Shown: positions 34,950 to 44,186 of the stretch, in pieces | Layout of the letters: each line of letters opens with the position of its first letter | Position numbering within the stretch: the stretch's first letter is position 1 | NCBI GenBank assembly: GCA_965233585.1 | Contig: CBDDTI010000729.1 | Span: 1-64,000 of the forward strand | DNA: 64,000 bases | Source: a bacterium | GTDB taxonomy: Bacteria; SAR324; NAC60-12 | Direction: 5' to 3' | Position numbers and translations under genes: made by a program | The notes under the pieces: generated by a model | Told to the model about the DNA's origin: nothing | Database searches by the model: none | What the model saw: only the letters and a program-made list of their open reading frames with translations

Positions 34950-35826
34950 TGCCAAAACGGTCACAGATTATGCAGGAAACACTGTTGAAATTCCTGATAC
35001 TCCAAAACGCATAGCCTCACTTCATTTCATTGGCACAATCATGCTTTACGAATTAGGTGTACCTATTATTGGAACATCAACATTAACTAAAAAGAGCGAT
35101 TCCAAACCTTACATTCGTTCTAGTTATGAACTTTTTGGTGTAGATTTTACTAAGACAGGTTGGGCAAATTATGGCAGGAGAGGATTAGATTTAGAGCAAA
35201 TTAAAAAGTCTAAACCTGATTTAATCATTGCAGGGTTTTATCATCAAAAAATATATGACAAACTTGAAAAAATTGCTCCAACTCTTTTGTTTGATTATCC
35301 ATCAAATGTTTCTCATGCACATCAAGACCTTGCAACATGGGTTGGTAAGGAGGATATTTTCAATCAAAAAAATGCAGAATATCAAAAACGTTTATCAGAA
35401 GTTAAGACTCAAATTAAGGTCAATCTTAGCCAAAAAAGTTTTGTTTATATTAGAACGCAAAGAAGCAAACTATACATCGGTAATCATTACGGATCAATCA
35501 CTAAAGTTGCTTATGATTTAGGTTTACAGAAAGCTGACTTTGTGAAACAAAATATTGGTCAAGACAAATGGGGGGAAATGTTTAGTGGGGAGATTATCGG
35601 TAGTTTTTCTGATACCGATTACGTGTTTAGTACTTATCGTCAAGAGTTTAGTCAAGATTTAGAAAGCGTTTACGAAGGATTTGATGAAATCACTCCGGGT
35701 TGGCGAGACTTTATCAAGGCATACCAGAATCAAAATTTTCTAGCCTTTCAGTTTGAACTTGTCGTTCCTGTCTCATTTAAATCTTATCACTATGTGCTTA
35801 ATGAATTTAAAAAAACTCTTAACTAA
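34885..35826 (+). CDS. Fe-siderophore ABC substrate-binding protein
   Basis: Signal peptide; VEIPDTPKRIASL, LEQIKKSKPDLII, LEKIAPT. Confidence 0.88.
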   Translation: MNKLIKNLAIGMGSVAMASHLYAKTVTDYAGNTVEIPDTPKRIASLHFIGTIMLYELGVPIIGTSTLTKKSDSKPYIRSSYELFGVDFTKTGWANYGRRGLDLEQIKKSKPDLIIAGFYHQKIYDKLEKIAPTLLFDYPSNVSHAHQDLATWVGKEDIFNQKNAEYQKRLSEVKTQIKVNLSQKSFVYIRTQRSKLYIGNHYGSITKVAYDLGLQKADFVKQNIGQDKWGEMFSGEIIGSFSDTDYVFSTYRQEFSQDLESVYEGFDEITPGWRDFIKAYQNQNFLAFQFELVVPVSFKSYHYVLNEFKKTLN

Positions 35827-35836
35827 TTTAAATTTA

Positions 35837-35931
35837 ATTTCAATCATTGAATAACAAAGGAAAAAAATGAATAAACTTATCAAAAATCTTGCAATAGGAA
35901 TGGGTTCTGTTGCAATGGCAAGTCATCTTTA
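35837..35931. repeat. ~95-bp direct repeat, copy 2
   Basis: Matches 34854-34949. Confidence 0.93.
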
Positions 35932-37708
35932 CGCTAAAACAGTCACAGACCATGCAGGAAATGTCGTTGAGATTCCAGATGACCCGAAACGTGTGGCTTC
36001 ACTGCACACGCGTTCAACAAGTGTCATGCTCACGGAATTAGGTGTGCCTCTCATTGGGAGTGCAACAGTCAAACACGAAGCAGACAATAGACCTTACATC
36101 AGAGCTGCAGAAGAGCTTTTTGGCTTGGTTTTGCAACAAACACAACTCAAAAACTACGGGAAGAAAGGAGCAGATTTGGAACAGATCAAAATATCTCAAC
36201 CTGATTTGATTGTGGGCACCGTCAATTATCATGGAAAACTCTATGACAAATTATCTGCGATTGCCCCTACTGTTTTAATAGACCAAACAGGACAAGATCA
36301 AATTCAAGTTTATAAAGATTTGGCAAAGTGGGTGAACAAGGAAAAAGTTTTTACAGCAAAATACAGAGCTTACAAAAAAAGGTTAGCATTAGTTAAAGAA
36401 TCTTTTGCAAAGTCTCCTAGCAAATCAAGCATTGTGCTAGCAATTCCTTCTACTAGCAAAGGTAAATTGTCTGTTTACAGCACGTATGGAGGCATCACAA
36501 CTGTCTCTTATGACTTAGGATTCAAGATGTTGCCTTATGTCAAGGAAAACCTTGATGGTCAGGCAAGAGAACGTCTAAGCCCTGAAGTGATTTCTGAACT
36601 TGACTCTGACTATTTTTTCAGTGCTTACAGCTCAGCAGATGACGAAACACCTCAAGATGTTTATGAGAATTTTGACAAAGTGACGCCCGGCTGGAAAACC
36701 ATCTTAAATTCTTACAAAAACAAACGATTCATTGTTTTTCATTCGGAAACAACGCGTCCGCCTGTCTTCAAGGCATACCATAATGCTTTGGATAGGTTAG
36801 AACAACTGACACAAAAACAAACCAAAACAGTTGTAGATCATTTGGACAATGTCGTCCAGATTCCTAAAAACCCGAGACGCGTCGCCTCCCTTCATACTAT
36901 GTCAACAACTGTGATGTTGCTAGACCTTCAAGTCTCTTTAGTTGGAACAGCAACGCGACTCAAAAAACCAGTAAATAAACCATATATTCGGTCTGCTGAA
37001 GAAATTTTTGGAGTCAAGTTTGAAGACACCAATTACTTTAATTATGGCAAGTTTGGAGAAGACATTGAGCAAGTCAAAGCCTCAAAACCCGATTTGATTG
37101 TGGGAACCGTACGCCATGCAAAGGTCTATGACAAACTGTCAGAAATTGCTCCAACAGTACTCATAGATTATTTGTCCCCAGACCTTTTTAACGTGTATCG
37201 TGATTTGGCAACATGGGTTGGCAAAAAAGAAGTGTTTGAAAAAAATTATGCAAAATATCAAAAACGTTTAGCAGAAGTGAAAGTCAAAATTAAGGGCAAT
37301 CCCAGTCAGCAAACCTTTGTCTATATTCACCCACAAAAAGGAAAAGGTAAACTTCTGGTTCGTCAGCATTATGGGGCTATCACCAAAGTTGCTTATGACT
37401 TAGGATTTCAACGACTAGACTTTGTCAGACAGCAATTTCCAAACAACAAACCCGGTGGGAATTTAAGTGCAGAAGTCATCGGAGAATTTGCAAATGCTGA
37501 CTATATTGTCAGCACCTATCGTAACCAGTTTGGTGAAACATTAGATAGCATTTACGAGGGATTAGATGATGTTTCTCCCGGGTGGCGTGATTTCCTCAAA
37601 GCCTACCACACCAAAAGATTCATCGGCTTCAATCGTGAAGTTGGCTATCCCTCCTCTTTTGTCAGCTATCACTACGTGCTTGATGAATTTGAAAGGATTC
37701 TCAAGTAA
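35867..37708 (+). CDS. Fe-siderophore substrate-binding protein with two tandem SBP domains
   Basis: KTV.DH..NVV.IP..P.RVASLH and PDLIVGTV...YDKLS.IAPTVLID each occur twice in 613 aa. Confidence 0.88.
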   Translation: MNKLIKNLAIGMGSVAMASHLYAKTVTDHAGNVVEIPDDPKRVASLHTRSTSVMLTELGVPLIGSATVKHEADNRPYIRAAEELFGLVLQQTQLKNYGKKGADLEQIKISQPDLIVGTVNYHGKLYDKLSAIAPTVLIDQTGQDQIQVYKDLAKWVNKEKVFTAKYRAYKKRLALVKESFAKSPSKSSIVLAIPSTSKGKLSVYSTYGGITTVSYDLGFKMLPYVKENLDGQARERLSPEVISELDSDYFFSAYSSADDETPQDVYENFDKVTPGWKTILNSYKNKRFIVFHSETTRPPVFKAYHNALDRLEQLTQKQTKTVVDHLDNVVQIPKNPRRVASLHTMSTTVMLLDLQVSLVGTATRLKKPVNKPYIRSAEEIFGVKFEDTNYFNYGKFGEDIEQVKASKPDLIVGTVRHAKVYDKLSEIAPTVLIDYLSPDLFNVYRDLATWVGKKEVFEKNYAKYQKRLAEVKVKIKGNPSQQTFVYIHPQKGKGKLLVRQHYGAITKVAYDLGFQRLDFVRQQFPNNKPGGNLSAEVIGEFANADYIVSTYRNQFGETLDSIYEGLDDVSPGWRDFLKAYHTKRFIGFNREVGYPSSFVSYHYVLDEFERILK

Positions 37709-37782
37709 TTTTTTAACTTAGTTTCAATCCATAAAAGGAGAACAAACAAGATTGACAAGGGACTATTTTAGATTAAAAAAAC

Positions 37783-39585
37783 TTACTTTAGCATCTCAAG
37801 TAGTCTCTTCTCATATTCTTTACTACCAGGGAATGGTATCTCAATAGGTTCAGGTCCTTTTAATCCTAACTCTGGATAAAGCACACTAAGCAAATCTTCA
37901 CAGGCAGAGTCTTGTTTAGGATAGTTTTTTTGTAATTCTTGATATTTCCTTTTAAAAGAACCTTTCTTATCCAATTTCAAAATAGTATCCCATAAACCAT
38001 AATATTTGAAAGCTAATTCAATATATTTCCAATATTCTTTATAATAAAAAGTGTTGTTAGCAAAAGCTATCCAAGAGTTAAATTTATAGCCGATTATTTT
38101 TTTACGTTTTGCAGATTCAATAACCTTGATTAAATCTGAATAGTTTTTGAATAAAAATTCTATCAATTCAATAGAGCTTGTATGTGTATAAAAAGTTTCA
38201 AAACCATCTTCATCTTCTTTAATCCACCATTCTAAGCATCTTCGGTTTAAATCATTAGCATATTTAAAAAAGCAGATTGGAATTTTATCTTTTTCATCAG
38301 TTTCTTTGATCTTTTTAAAATCAGAATCGGTGATAATATATCCAACTTGGAGCATCTTCACTATCAAACTATTTGGATAAATATTTTTATTTTCCAATAG
38401 AGCAACTAATGTCGTTTTACCACTTTCAGAACAATTTATATTAAAACCAAGCTGTCTACAAAGAATGATCATGAGTTCCAAAAAATCTCTATCATAACTA
38501 TTTGATAACTCCTCAATCCATCTTATGAATGGATTTTTCACTTTAAATTTTTGTGTAAACATCTTTTTTTCGTCATCATCTAGTGACCAAACATCATCAA
38601 AAATTTCCTCTCTGAAACTCAGATAACTTCTCCTTCCTTCCTTAATATCTTTAATTCTTTCTAAAAGATTAGAGACCCGTTGTTCCTTTTTTCTTTGTCG
38701 TTGTTCTTGAAGTTCTTTTGTTCTTCTTTCTCGCTCTTCCTGAATTTCTTTTTCTCGTTGTTCTTGTTGAGCTAATAATTTCTTTTTTTCCTGTTCATTG
38801 TCGTAATAATACACTTGAAAATCATCTTGAGAGTATTTAAGCTGGTCAAAAGTAACAGATTTCTTTTGCCATTTTTGCCTTAAATCATTGTCTTGATTTA
38901 AAAACCAACTTTTGTAATGACAGATCAGTTTAAAATCTTCAAATTCTTCATCAAATTGAAAGAAAGTTTCATACTTATTGATATATTTAATATCCTTTTG
39001 AAATTGGGATTGTCTTTTAGGATTTAAATTATCTAAAATCCATATTAAATAAATTTGATTTTTTTGGTAGAAATCACACCTTTTTAGAAGATACTCTAAA
39101 GGTAGATGAGACAACTGAATTTCAAAAACTATTCGTTTTCCTTGATATTCACAATAGACATCTGGTTTTCTCTTTTCACCATTGGACATGATGAATTTGT
39201 CATCCACACTAACATTTTTGAACGCTTTATTTTTGAATAAGCTGCCTCCAATTTTATTTTTTAATTCTATATGTCTAGGGCTTTCTTTAGATTCCAAGTG
39301 TCTATCAATACTTTTAATTTTATCTTCTGATAAAGTATCTTTTTTTAGAATACAATCATAAGAATCAGGAAAGTGTTTAAAATGTGGACGAACATTTTCA
39401 CTTACTGCTATATGAAGTGCTTGACCACACTCCAGACAGCTTAACTTAAATTCACCCGTGCCTAGTTTTTTCCTAAAAGAAAAAGTTGATTTACTGGTTT
39501 TAAAGACTTCTTTGGCTTCAATGATTTTTTTAGTGTTCTGTTCCCTAACTCTATTTATCGCTCTTATGTACATGAAATAACCCAA
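37783..39585 (-). CDS. CoiA/DUF6035-like protein: Zn-binding N-terminus, PD-(D/E)XK nuclease, coiled coil
   Basis: CLECG...HFKH...C; ESPRHIELK; KRKPDVYCEYQGKRIVFEIQLS; very AT-rich and opposite strand to neighbours. Confidence 0.75.
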   Translation of the reverse strand: MGYFMYIRAINRVREQNTKKIIEAKEVFKTSKSTFSFRKKLGTGEFKLSCLECGQALHIAVSENVRPHFKHFPDSYDCILKKDTLSEDKIKSIDRHLESKESPRHIELKNKIGGSLFKNKAFKNVSVDDKFIMSNGEKRKPDVYCEYQGKRIVFEIQLSHLPLEYLLKRCDFYQKNQIYLIWILDNLNPKRQSQFQKDIKYINKYETFFQFDEEFEDFKLICHYKSWFLNQDNDLRQKWQKKSVTFDQLKYSQDDFQVYYYDNEQEKKKLLAQQEQREKEIQEERERRTKELQEQRQRKKEQRVSNLLERIKDIKEGRRSYLSFREEIFDDVWSLDDDEKKMFTQKFKVKNPFIRWIEELSNSYDRDFLELMIILCRQLGFNINCSESGKTTLVALLENKNIYPNSLIVKMLQVGYIITDSDFKKIKETDEKDKIPICFFKYANDLNRRCLEWWIKEDEDGFETFYTHTSSIELIEFLFKNYSDLIKVIESAKRKKIIGYKFNSWIAFANNTFYYKEYWKYIELAFKYYGLWDTILKLDKKGSFKRKYQELQKNYPKQDSACEDLLSVLYPELGLKGPEPIEIPFPGSKEYEKRLLEMLK

Positions 39586-39659
39586 TTAAAAGAAATTAAA
39601 AATGCGATGATACCCTTTTCCTCTACCCTATTACAATCATACTGTTTGAATGTAATTCG

Positions 39660-39973
39660 TCCATAATTGGCTCTTCCACTAGAATCAAAAAACCTCAAAA
39701 CATTCAATACCTCCGTTCAGGCTATAAATCTTTGGGTTAGATTTTTCGTAAATAGGGTGGGCAAATTACGGTTCTTTTGGCAAAGGTTTGGAACAAGTTA
39801 AAGCCTCAAAACCAGACTTGATTGTCATTGCAGGTTACAGTGCAAATTGGGCTAAAAAAGTTGCAAAAATTGCCCCCGCTGTGGTGGTTGGAAGAGAAGC
39901 CTCAAAAGATAGTCATTCTTATTACAGGGATTTGCTGAAGCTGATGAAGATTACAAAAAATCTTAGCGGCTGA
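39660..39973 (+). pseudogene. Degraded Fe-siderophore substrate-binding protein gene
   Basis: IIGSSTRIKKPQNIQYLRSGY, frameshift, then IFGLDFS*IGWANYG...LEQVKASKPDLIV...KIAP, matching the upstream SBP domains; 5' and 3' parts missing. Confidence 0.8.
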
Positions 39974-40080
39974 CACCTGACATTGAACATGTTAGGTTGT
40001 CATTATGTATGTCAAGCATTGTCAATCGGGAGATCAAACTCAAGAACATAGCGAAAGTTAAGTGTCATTGCAAAAACTTC

Positions 40081-40109
40081 TTGACATGATTGTCTGACAA
40101 TACTACACT
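40081..40109 (+). promoter_or_regulatory. Sigma70 promoter with FadR/GntR-type operator
   Basis: TTGACA (40081)-N17-TACACT (40104); palindrome ATTGTC-T-GACAAT at 40089-40101 in the spacer. Confidence 0.7.
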
Positions 40110-40153
40110 GCATCAAATCGTTGATCTGATTAGTTTTTTACTAGCTCAAAACA

Positions 40154-40873
40154 ATGTCTCAACCATTTAATAAAATTCAACGTCATTCAGCAGTTGACTT
40201 TGTGCTAGACCAATTTAAAGAGGCTTTCTTACAAAAGAAAATTTGTTTAAATGAACGGTTGCCAAGTGAAGAAAATTTAGCAGAGACTTTTGGAGTAGGA
40301 CGAAGTACGATTCGCGAAGCACTGCAACATTTGAAAGCATACGGGGTACTTGAAGCTTTTCCAAGTAAAGGCATGCGAGTTGTCTCAGACTTCAGTAGTG
40401 CCTATGGAAAACTTTCTTCTCTCAATCTAGCAATAGACTCTGAGACATTAGTTGATGTGCAACAATACAGGCAAATTATTGAATTAGGCAGTGTTGCTAA
40501 CATCTTGGCAAATATTTCTAGTGAAGATTTCAGCCTACTCCATCAACTCAATGACTCTTTACTAGATGAAAACCAATCTATGGAAACAGCGGCAGACATA
40601 GATTTTAGGTTTCATTATACTTTACTCAAGATTGGACAGAATAAGACAGCCCTTGCGGTCTATGAAAGCATTGCAGAGGTCATTCATCAGTTATTGAAAA
40701 GAGGAAGAAATAGAAGTGCTATTCAAAAAGGACATGGTGAACATCAAAAGATTTTGAATGCCTTGCAAGAAAAAGATTTGACAAAAACCACAGAATATCT
40801 TTTCCAACATTTAGAGGAAGGAATCCATTATCTTAAAAAATCTCAATTCAGAAAAAATCTTTCAGAACAATAG
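40154..40873 (+). CDS. GntR/FadR-family transcriptional regulator
   Basis: RLPSEENLAETFGVGRSTIREAL HTH; FCD domain with DFRFH and EHQKI. Confidence 0.92.
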   Translation: MSQPFNKIQRHSAVDFVLDQFKEAFLQKKICLNERLPSEENLAETFGVGRSTIREALQHLKAYGVLEAFPSKGMRVVSDFSSAYGKLSSLNLAIDSETLVDVQQYRQIIELGSVANILANISSEDFSLLHQLNDSLLDENQSMETAADIDFRFHYTLLKIGQNKTALAVYESIAEVIHQLLKRGRNRSAIQKGHGEHQKILNALQEKDLTKTTEYLFQHLEEGIHYLKKSQFRKNLSEQ

Positions 40874-40900
40874 TCGTGTCAGGAATCATTTTAAAATCTG

Positions 40901-40990
40901 CAAATCATTGATCTAATCAATTTTTTACTGGCTAAAACAATGTTTCAACCATTTAATAAAATTCAACGTCAACTGAATTAGGAACAATAG
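40901..40990 (+). repeat. Internally deleted copy of the gntR gene (13-codon mini-ORF 40940-40981)
   Basis: 40901-40971 matches 40114-40185 (MFQPFNKIQR vs MSQPFNKIQR); gaacaatag at 40982-40990 equals the last 9 nt of gntR. Confidence 0.78.
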
Positions 40991-41002
40991 ACTGCCCAAG
41001 TT

Positions 41003-42013
41003 ATGCAATCACTCAAATCTCAAGCGCTAGAACCAACTCAAGCAGAATTGAAACACTTAAGTACTGTTGCAAAGATCATCCGTGTTTTACCGGTTTATGG
41101 TTTACCCATTTTGACTTTGTTCTTGATCTTTTTGTTTTCTATTTTACTTCCTGATACCTTTCCAACGTTGCTCAATCTACGTGCTTTGCTTGCTGATAAA
41201 TCTATCATTGCTTTACTTTCGCTAGCCGCTATGATTCCGATGGTAGCAGGTCGGATTGACTTAACTGTGGGGTATGGTATTGTGCTTTGGCATATTTTGG
41301 CTATCAGCTTACAAACCATGTTGGGATTGCATTGGATTCTTGCGGTTATCGTTGTCATTTTATTAGGAGCCATAGTCGGTTTTTGCAATGGACTACTGGT
41401 GGAAGTGGCTCAAATTGACAGTTTTATTGCTACTTTAGGCACAGGAACTGTGATGTATGCTTTGGCACTTTGGCATACAGGAGGTCGTCAAGTCGTTGGA
41501 ACGTTACCCGATGGATTTTATGCCTTAAGTATCACTTTCATTTTTGGCATACCAATTTTTGCCTTTTATGTGATGGTAATCACTGTTTTGATGTGGGTAG
41601 TTTTCAGTCACTTACCAGTTGGTCGTTACATGTATGCGATTGGTGCGAATCAACGTTCTGCCGAACTCAACGGGATTCCCACTAAAAAATATGTGATTGC
41701 TGCTTTTGTTGCATCTAGTGTCTTAACTGCTTTAACAGGGGTTTTGCTTGCAGCAAAGTTAAGAATTGGTCAAGCCTCAGTTGGGCTAGAATATTTGCTA
41801 CCAGCACTCGTTGGAGCATTTTTAGGCTCAACAACGATCAAACCCGGACGCGTCAACGTCTGGGGAACGATCATTGGTGTCACGATCCTCGCTGTTGGAA
41901 TTTCTGGTATTCAACAATTTGGAGGATCATTTTGGGTTGAACCATTGTTCAATGGTGCAACGTTATTAGTGGCTATTGGAATTGCAGGCTACGCGCAACG
42001 CAAGAAGCGTTAG
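41003..42013 (+). CDS. Monosaccharide ABC permease (RbsC family)
   Basis: GRIDLTVG, DSFIATLG, GRYMYAIGAN. Confidence 0.92.
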   Translation: MQSLKSQALEPTQAELKHLSTVAKIIRVLPVYGLPILTLFLIFLFSILLPDTFPTLLNLRALLADKSIIALLSLAAMIPMVAGRIDLTVGYGIVLWHILAISLQTMLGLHWILAVIVVILLGAIVGFCNGLLVEVAQIDSFIATLGTGTVMYALALWHTGGRQVVGTLPDGFYALSITFIFGIPIFAFYVMVITVLMWVVFSHLPVGRYMYAIGANQRSAELNGIPTKKYVIAAFVASSVLTALTGVLLAAKLRIGQASVGLEYLLPALVGAFLGSTTIKPGRVNVWGTIIGVTILAVGISGIQQFGGSFWVEPLFNGATLLVAIGIAGYAQRKKR

Positions 42014-42056
42014 CCTCACCATAGCTGATGTTTTAAACTTTAAATATGGTTAAATT

Positions 42057-43151
42057 ATGATGTTATCTATCAAAAAAATAGTTGCTTGCATGTTATCTTG
42101 TAGCACGATGACAATCACTGCGGTTTATGCTGATGCCGTTTCTGATGCAATGGCATCGGTGAAAAAACATGCTGGACGCAAAACTCAATGGGACGGTCCT
42201 ACTTCAGGACCCAAAGCACAGCAGGATAAAATGATTGTTGTTTTAGCTGCTGATATGAAAAATGGTGGGATTCTTGGCGTCACTGAAGGCATTCAAGAAG
42301 CAGCTGAGACGATTGGCTGGAAAGTCCGCATTCTTGATGGAGCAGGTTCAGTTTCTGGACGTACTGCAATCTTAGGGCAAGCCTTAGCCCTTCAGCCTGA
42401 TGGTTTGGTGATTATGTTTGATGCTGTTGAGCAACAAGCTGGAATTGAATCAGCAAGAAAAGCTGGGATTCCGATGGTTTCATGGCACGGTTCATCAGTC
42501 ATTGGTCCTGATGAAAAATACGGAATCTTCACCAATGTTTCTACAGACCCCATGATTGTTTCTGATTCTGCGGCACAATGGGCTTTTGCTGATGCAGGAG
42601 GAAAACCGGGAGTGGTGATTTTTACAGATTCTACTTATCAAATTGCCATTGATAAAGCAGATCGTATGGAAGCGATGATCAAGAAATTAGGAGGAACCGT
42701 TTTGGAATATGTAGATACTCCTATTGCTGACACTTCTACGCGTATGGGACCTTTAACCACATCGCTTTTGCAAAAATACGGTAGCCGATGGACTCATTCT
42801 TTAGCCATCAATGATATTTACTTTGATTTTATGGGTCCAGCATTAGCAGCTGCAGGAATATCAGGGGATGGTTCTCCTAAGTCTGTTGCAGCAGGTGATG
42901 GCTCTCGCTCGGCTTATCAACGCATTCGTGCCAACCGTTATCAAGCAGTTACAGTTGCAGAACCTTTGAATTTGCAAGGATGGCAGTTGATTGATGAATT
43001 GAATCGTGCTTTCAATGGTGAATCGTGGTCAGGATACACTTCTCCTTTGCATGTTGTTACCGCTGAAAATATTAAATTTGACGGAGGTCCAAACAATCTT
43101 TTTGATCCCGATAATGGCTACCGAAAAGAGTATCAAAAGATTTGGAAATAG
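42057..43151 (+). CDS. Sugar ABC substrate-binding protein (RbsB-like fold)
   Basis: Signal peptide, WDGPTSGP, lies between permease and ATPase. Confidence 0.88.
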   Translation: MMLSIKKIVACMLSCSTMTITAVYADAVSDAMASVKKHAGRKTQWDGPTSGPKAQQDKMIVVLAADMKNGGILGVTEGIQEAAETIGWKVRILDGAGSVSGRTAILGQALALQPDGLVIMFDAVEQQAGIESARKAGIPMVSWHGSSVIGPDEKYGIFTNVSTDPMIVSDSAAQWAFADAGGKPGVVIFTDSTYQIAIDKADRMEAMIKKLGGTVLEYVDTPIADTSTRMGPLTTSLLQKYGSRWTHSLAINDIYFDFMGPALAAAGISGDGSPKSVAAGDGSRSAYQRIRANRYQAVTVAEPLNLQGWQLIDELNRAFNGESWSGYTSPLHVVTAENIKFDGGPNNLFDPDNGYRKEYQKIWK

Positions 43152-43164
43152 CTGAGTGACTCGC

Positions 43165-43196
43165 TGCAGAAAAACTTAGACATAAGTTTTTCTGCA
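43165..43196. terminator. Perfect 14-bp hairpin after the SBP gene
   Basis: tgcagaaaaactta-gaca-taagtttttctgca. Confidence 0.7.
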
Positions 43197-43221
43197 AAAA
43201 TTCTTCAATCTAAAACTTAAA

Positions 43222-43530
43222 ATGATCAATTATGAAAGGATTCAAACGGAGTGTTTTTGGGATTTCAATTTCACTAATGAAGAACTAGAAGCTATTGCAA
43301 AAGGAAAAAATCAAGCTGAAAAAAAATTTTTATTTGAAAAAATTTTATTGAATAGTACCAAGTTTTTAGTAGATTTAACCATCTTTTCACTTGAGGATTT
43401 AAAACATCTACTGCAACAGTATCAAATTTCTCAATTCAACTCTCATTTTGCTTTTAGAAGAAAAAATATGGCAGAATTTTTTTTCTTTGATCAAGAACTG
43501 CTTGTCAAAGAATTGCAATGGGAGGAATAA
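43222..43530 (+). CDS. Small partner protein (probable antitoxin) of AbiEii-type toxin
   Basis: 102 aa with N-terminal FWD motif; overlaps the downstream nucleotidyltransferase. Confidence 0.65.
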   Translation: MINYERIQTECFWDFNFTNEELEAIAKGKNQAEKKFLFEKILLNSTKFLVDLTIFSLEDLKHLLQQYQISQFNSHFAFRRKNMAEFFFFDQELLVKELQWEE

Positions 43531-44183
43531 ACTATCAACACTTGTATGAATTACAAGATCAGGTTTTACCAATCGTTTTTCAAACGGAAAGAGAGTTTTA
43601 TCTGACAGGAGGAACTTGTTTGAATCGCTTTTACCATGAAAAAAGGTATTCTGATGATTTGGATTTTTTCACCAATCAATCTCCAAGATATAGATTTGCC
43701 ATTCGGAATATCAAGATGGCACTACAACAAGAATTTGAAGTGGAGTCAGTCATTGAAGACAAATGCTTTACTAGATTTAAAATCAATCAGTCTTTACAAA
43801 TTGATTTTGTCAATGATGTTGGTTCAACGTATAAAAATGTGATTCTTTTAGAAAATCATTATCTCATTGATCATGTGGAAAATATTCTTAGTAATAAGTT
43901 GACTGCTATTCTTGGTAGAGATAATCCAAAAGATGTTTTTGATATTTATTTGATCGCAAAGTATTATTCTTTTTCATGGAAAGAGATATTGCATTCTGCC
44001 CATGACAAAATGCAGTTTTCTAATGATGATTTAGTAATCAAACTCAAAAGTTTTCCTCAACAATTATTGAATAAACTGGATTTAGTAGATGTTCATTTTT
44101 TAGAGAATTTTGAAGAACATTTTTCAAAAATTATTGATGAAATCAATCATCTCAAAGTTCATCAATCCTTCATTTCATCATAA
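43518..44183 (+). CDS. AbiEii/AbiGii-family nucleotidyltransferase toxin
   Basis: FYLTGGTCL, RYSDDLDFF, NKL...GR..PKDVFDIY. Confidence 0.87.
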   Translation: MGGINYQHLYELQDQVLPIVFQTEREFYLTGGTCLNRFYHEKRYSDDLDFFTNQSPRYRFAIRNIKMALQQEFEVESVIEDKCFTRFKINQSLQIDFVNDVGSTYKNVILLENHYLIDHVENILSNKLTAILGRDNPKDVFDIYLIAKYYSFSWKEILHSAHDKMQFSNDDLVIKLKSFPQQLLNKLDLVDVHFLENFEEHFSKIIDEINHLKVHQSFISS

Positions 44184-44186
44184 ATT

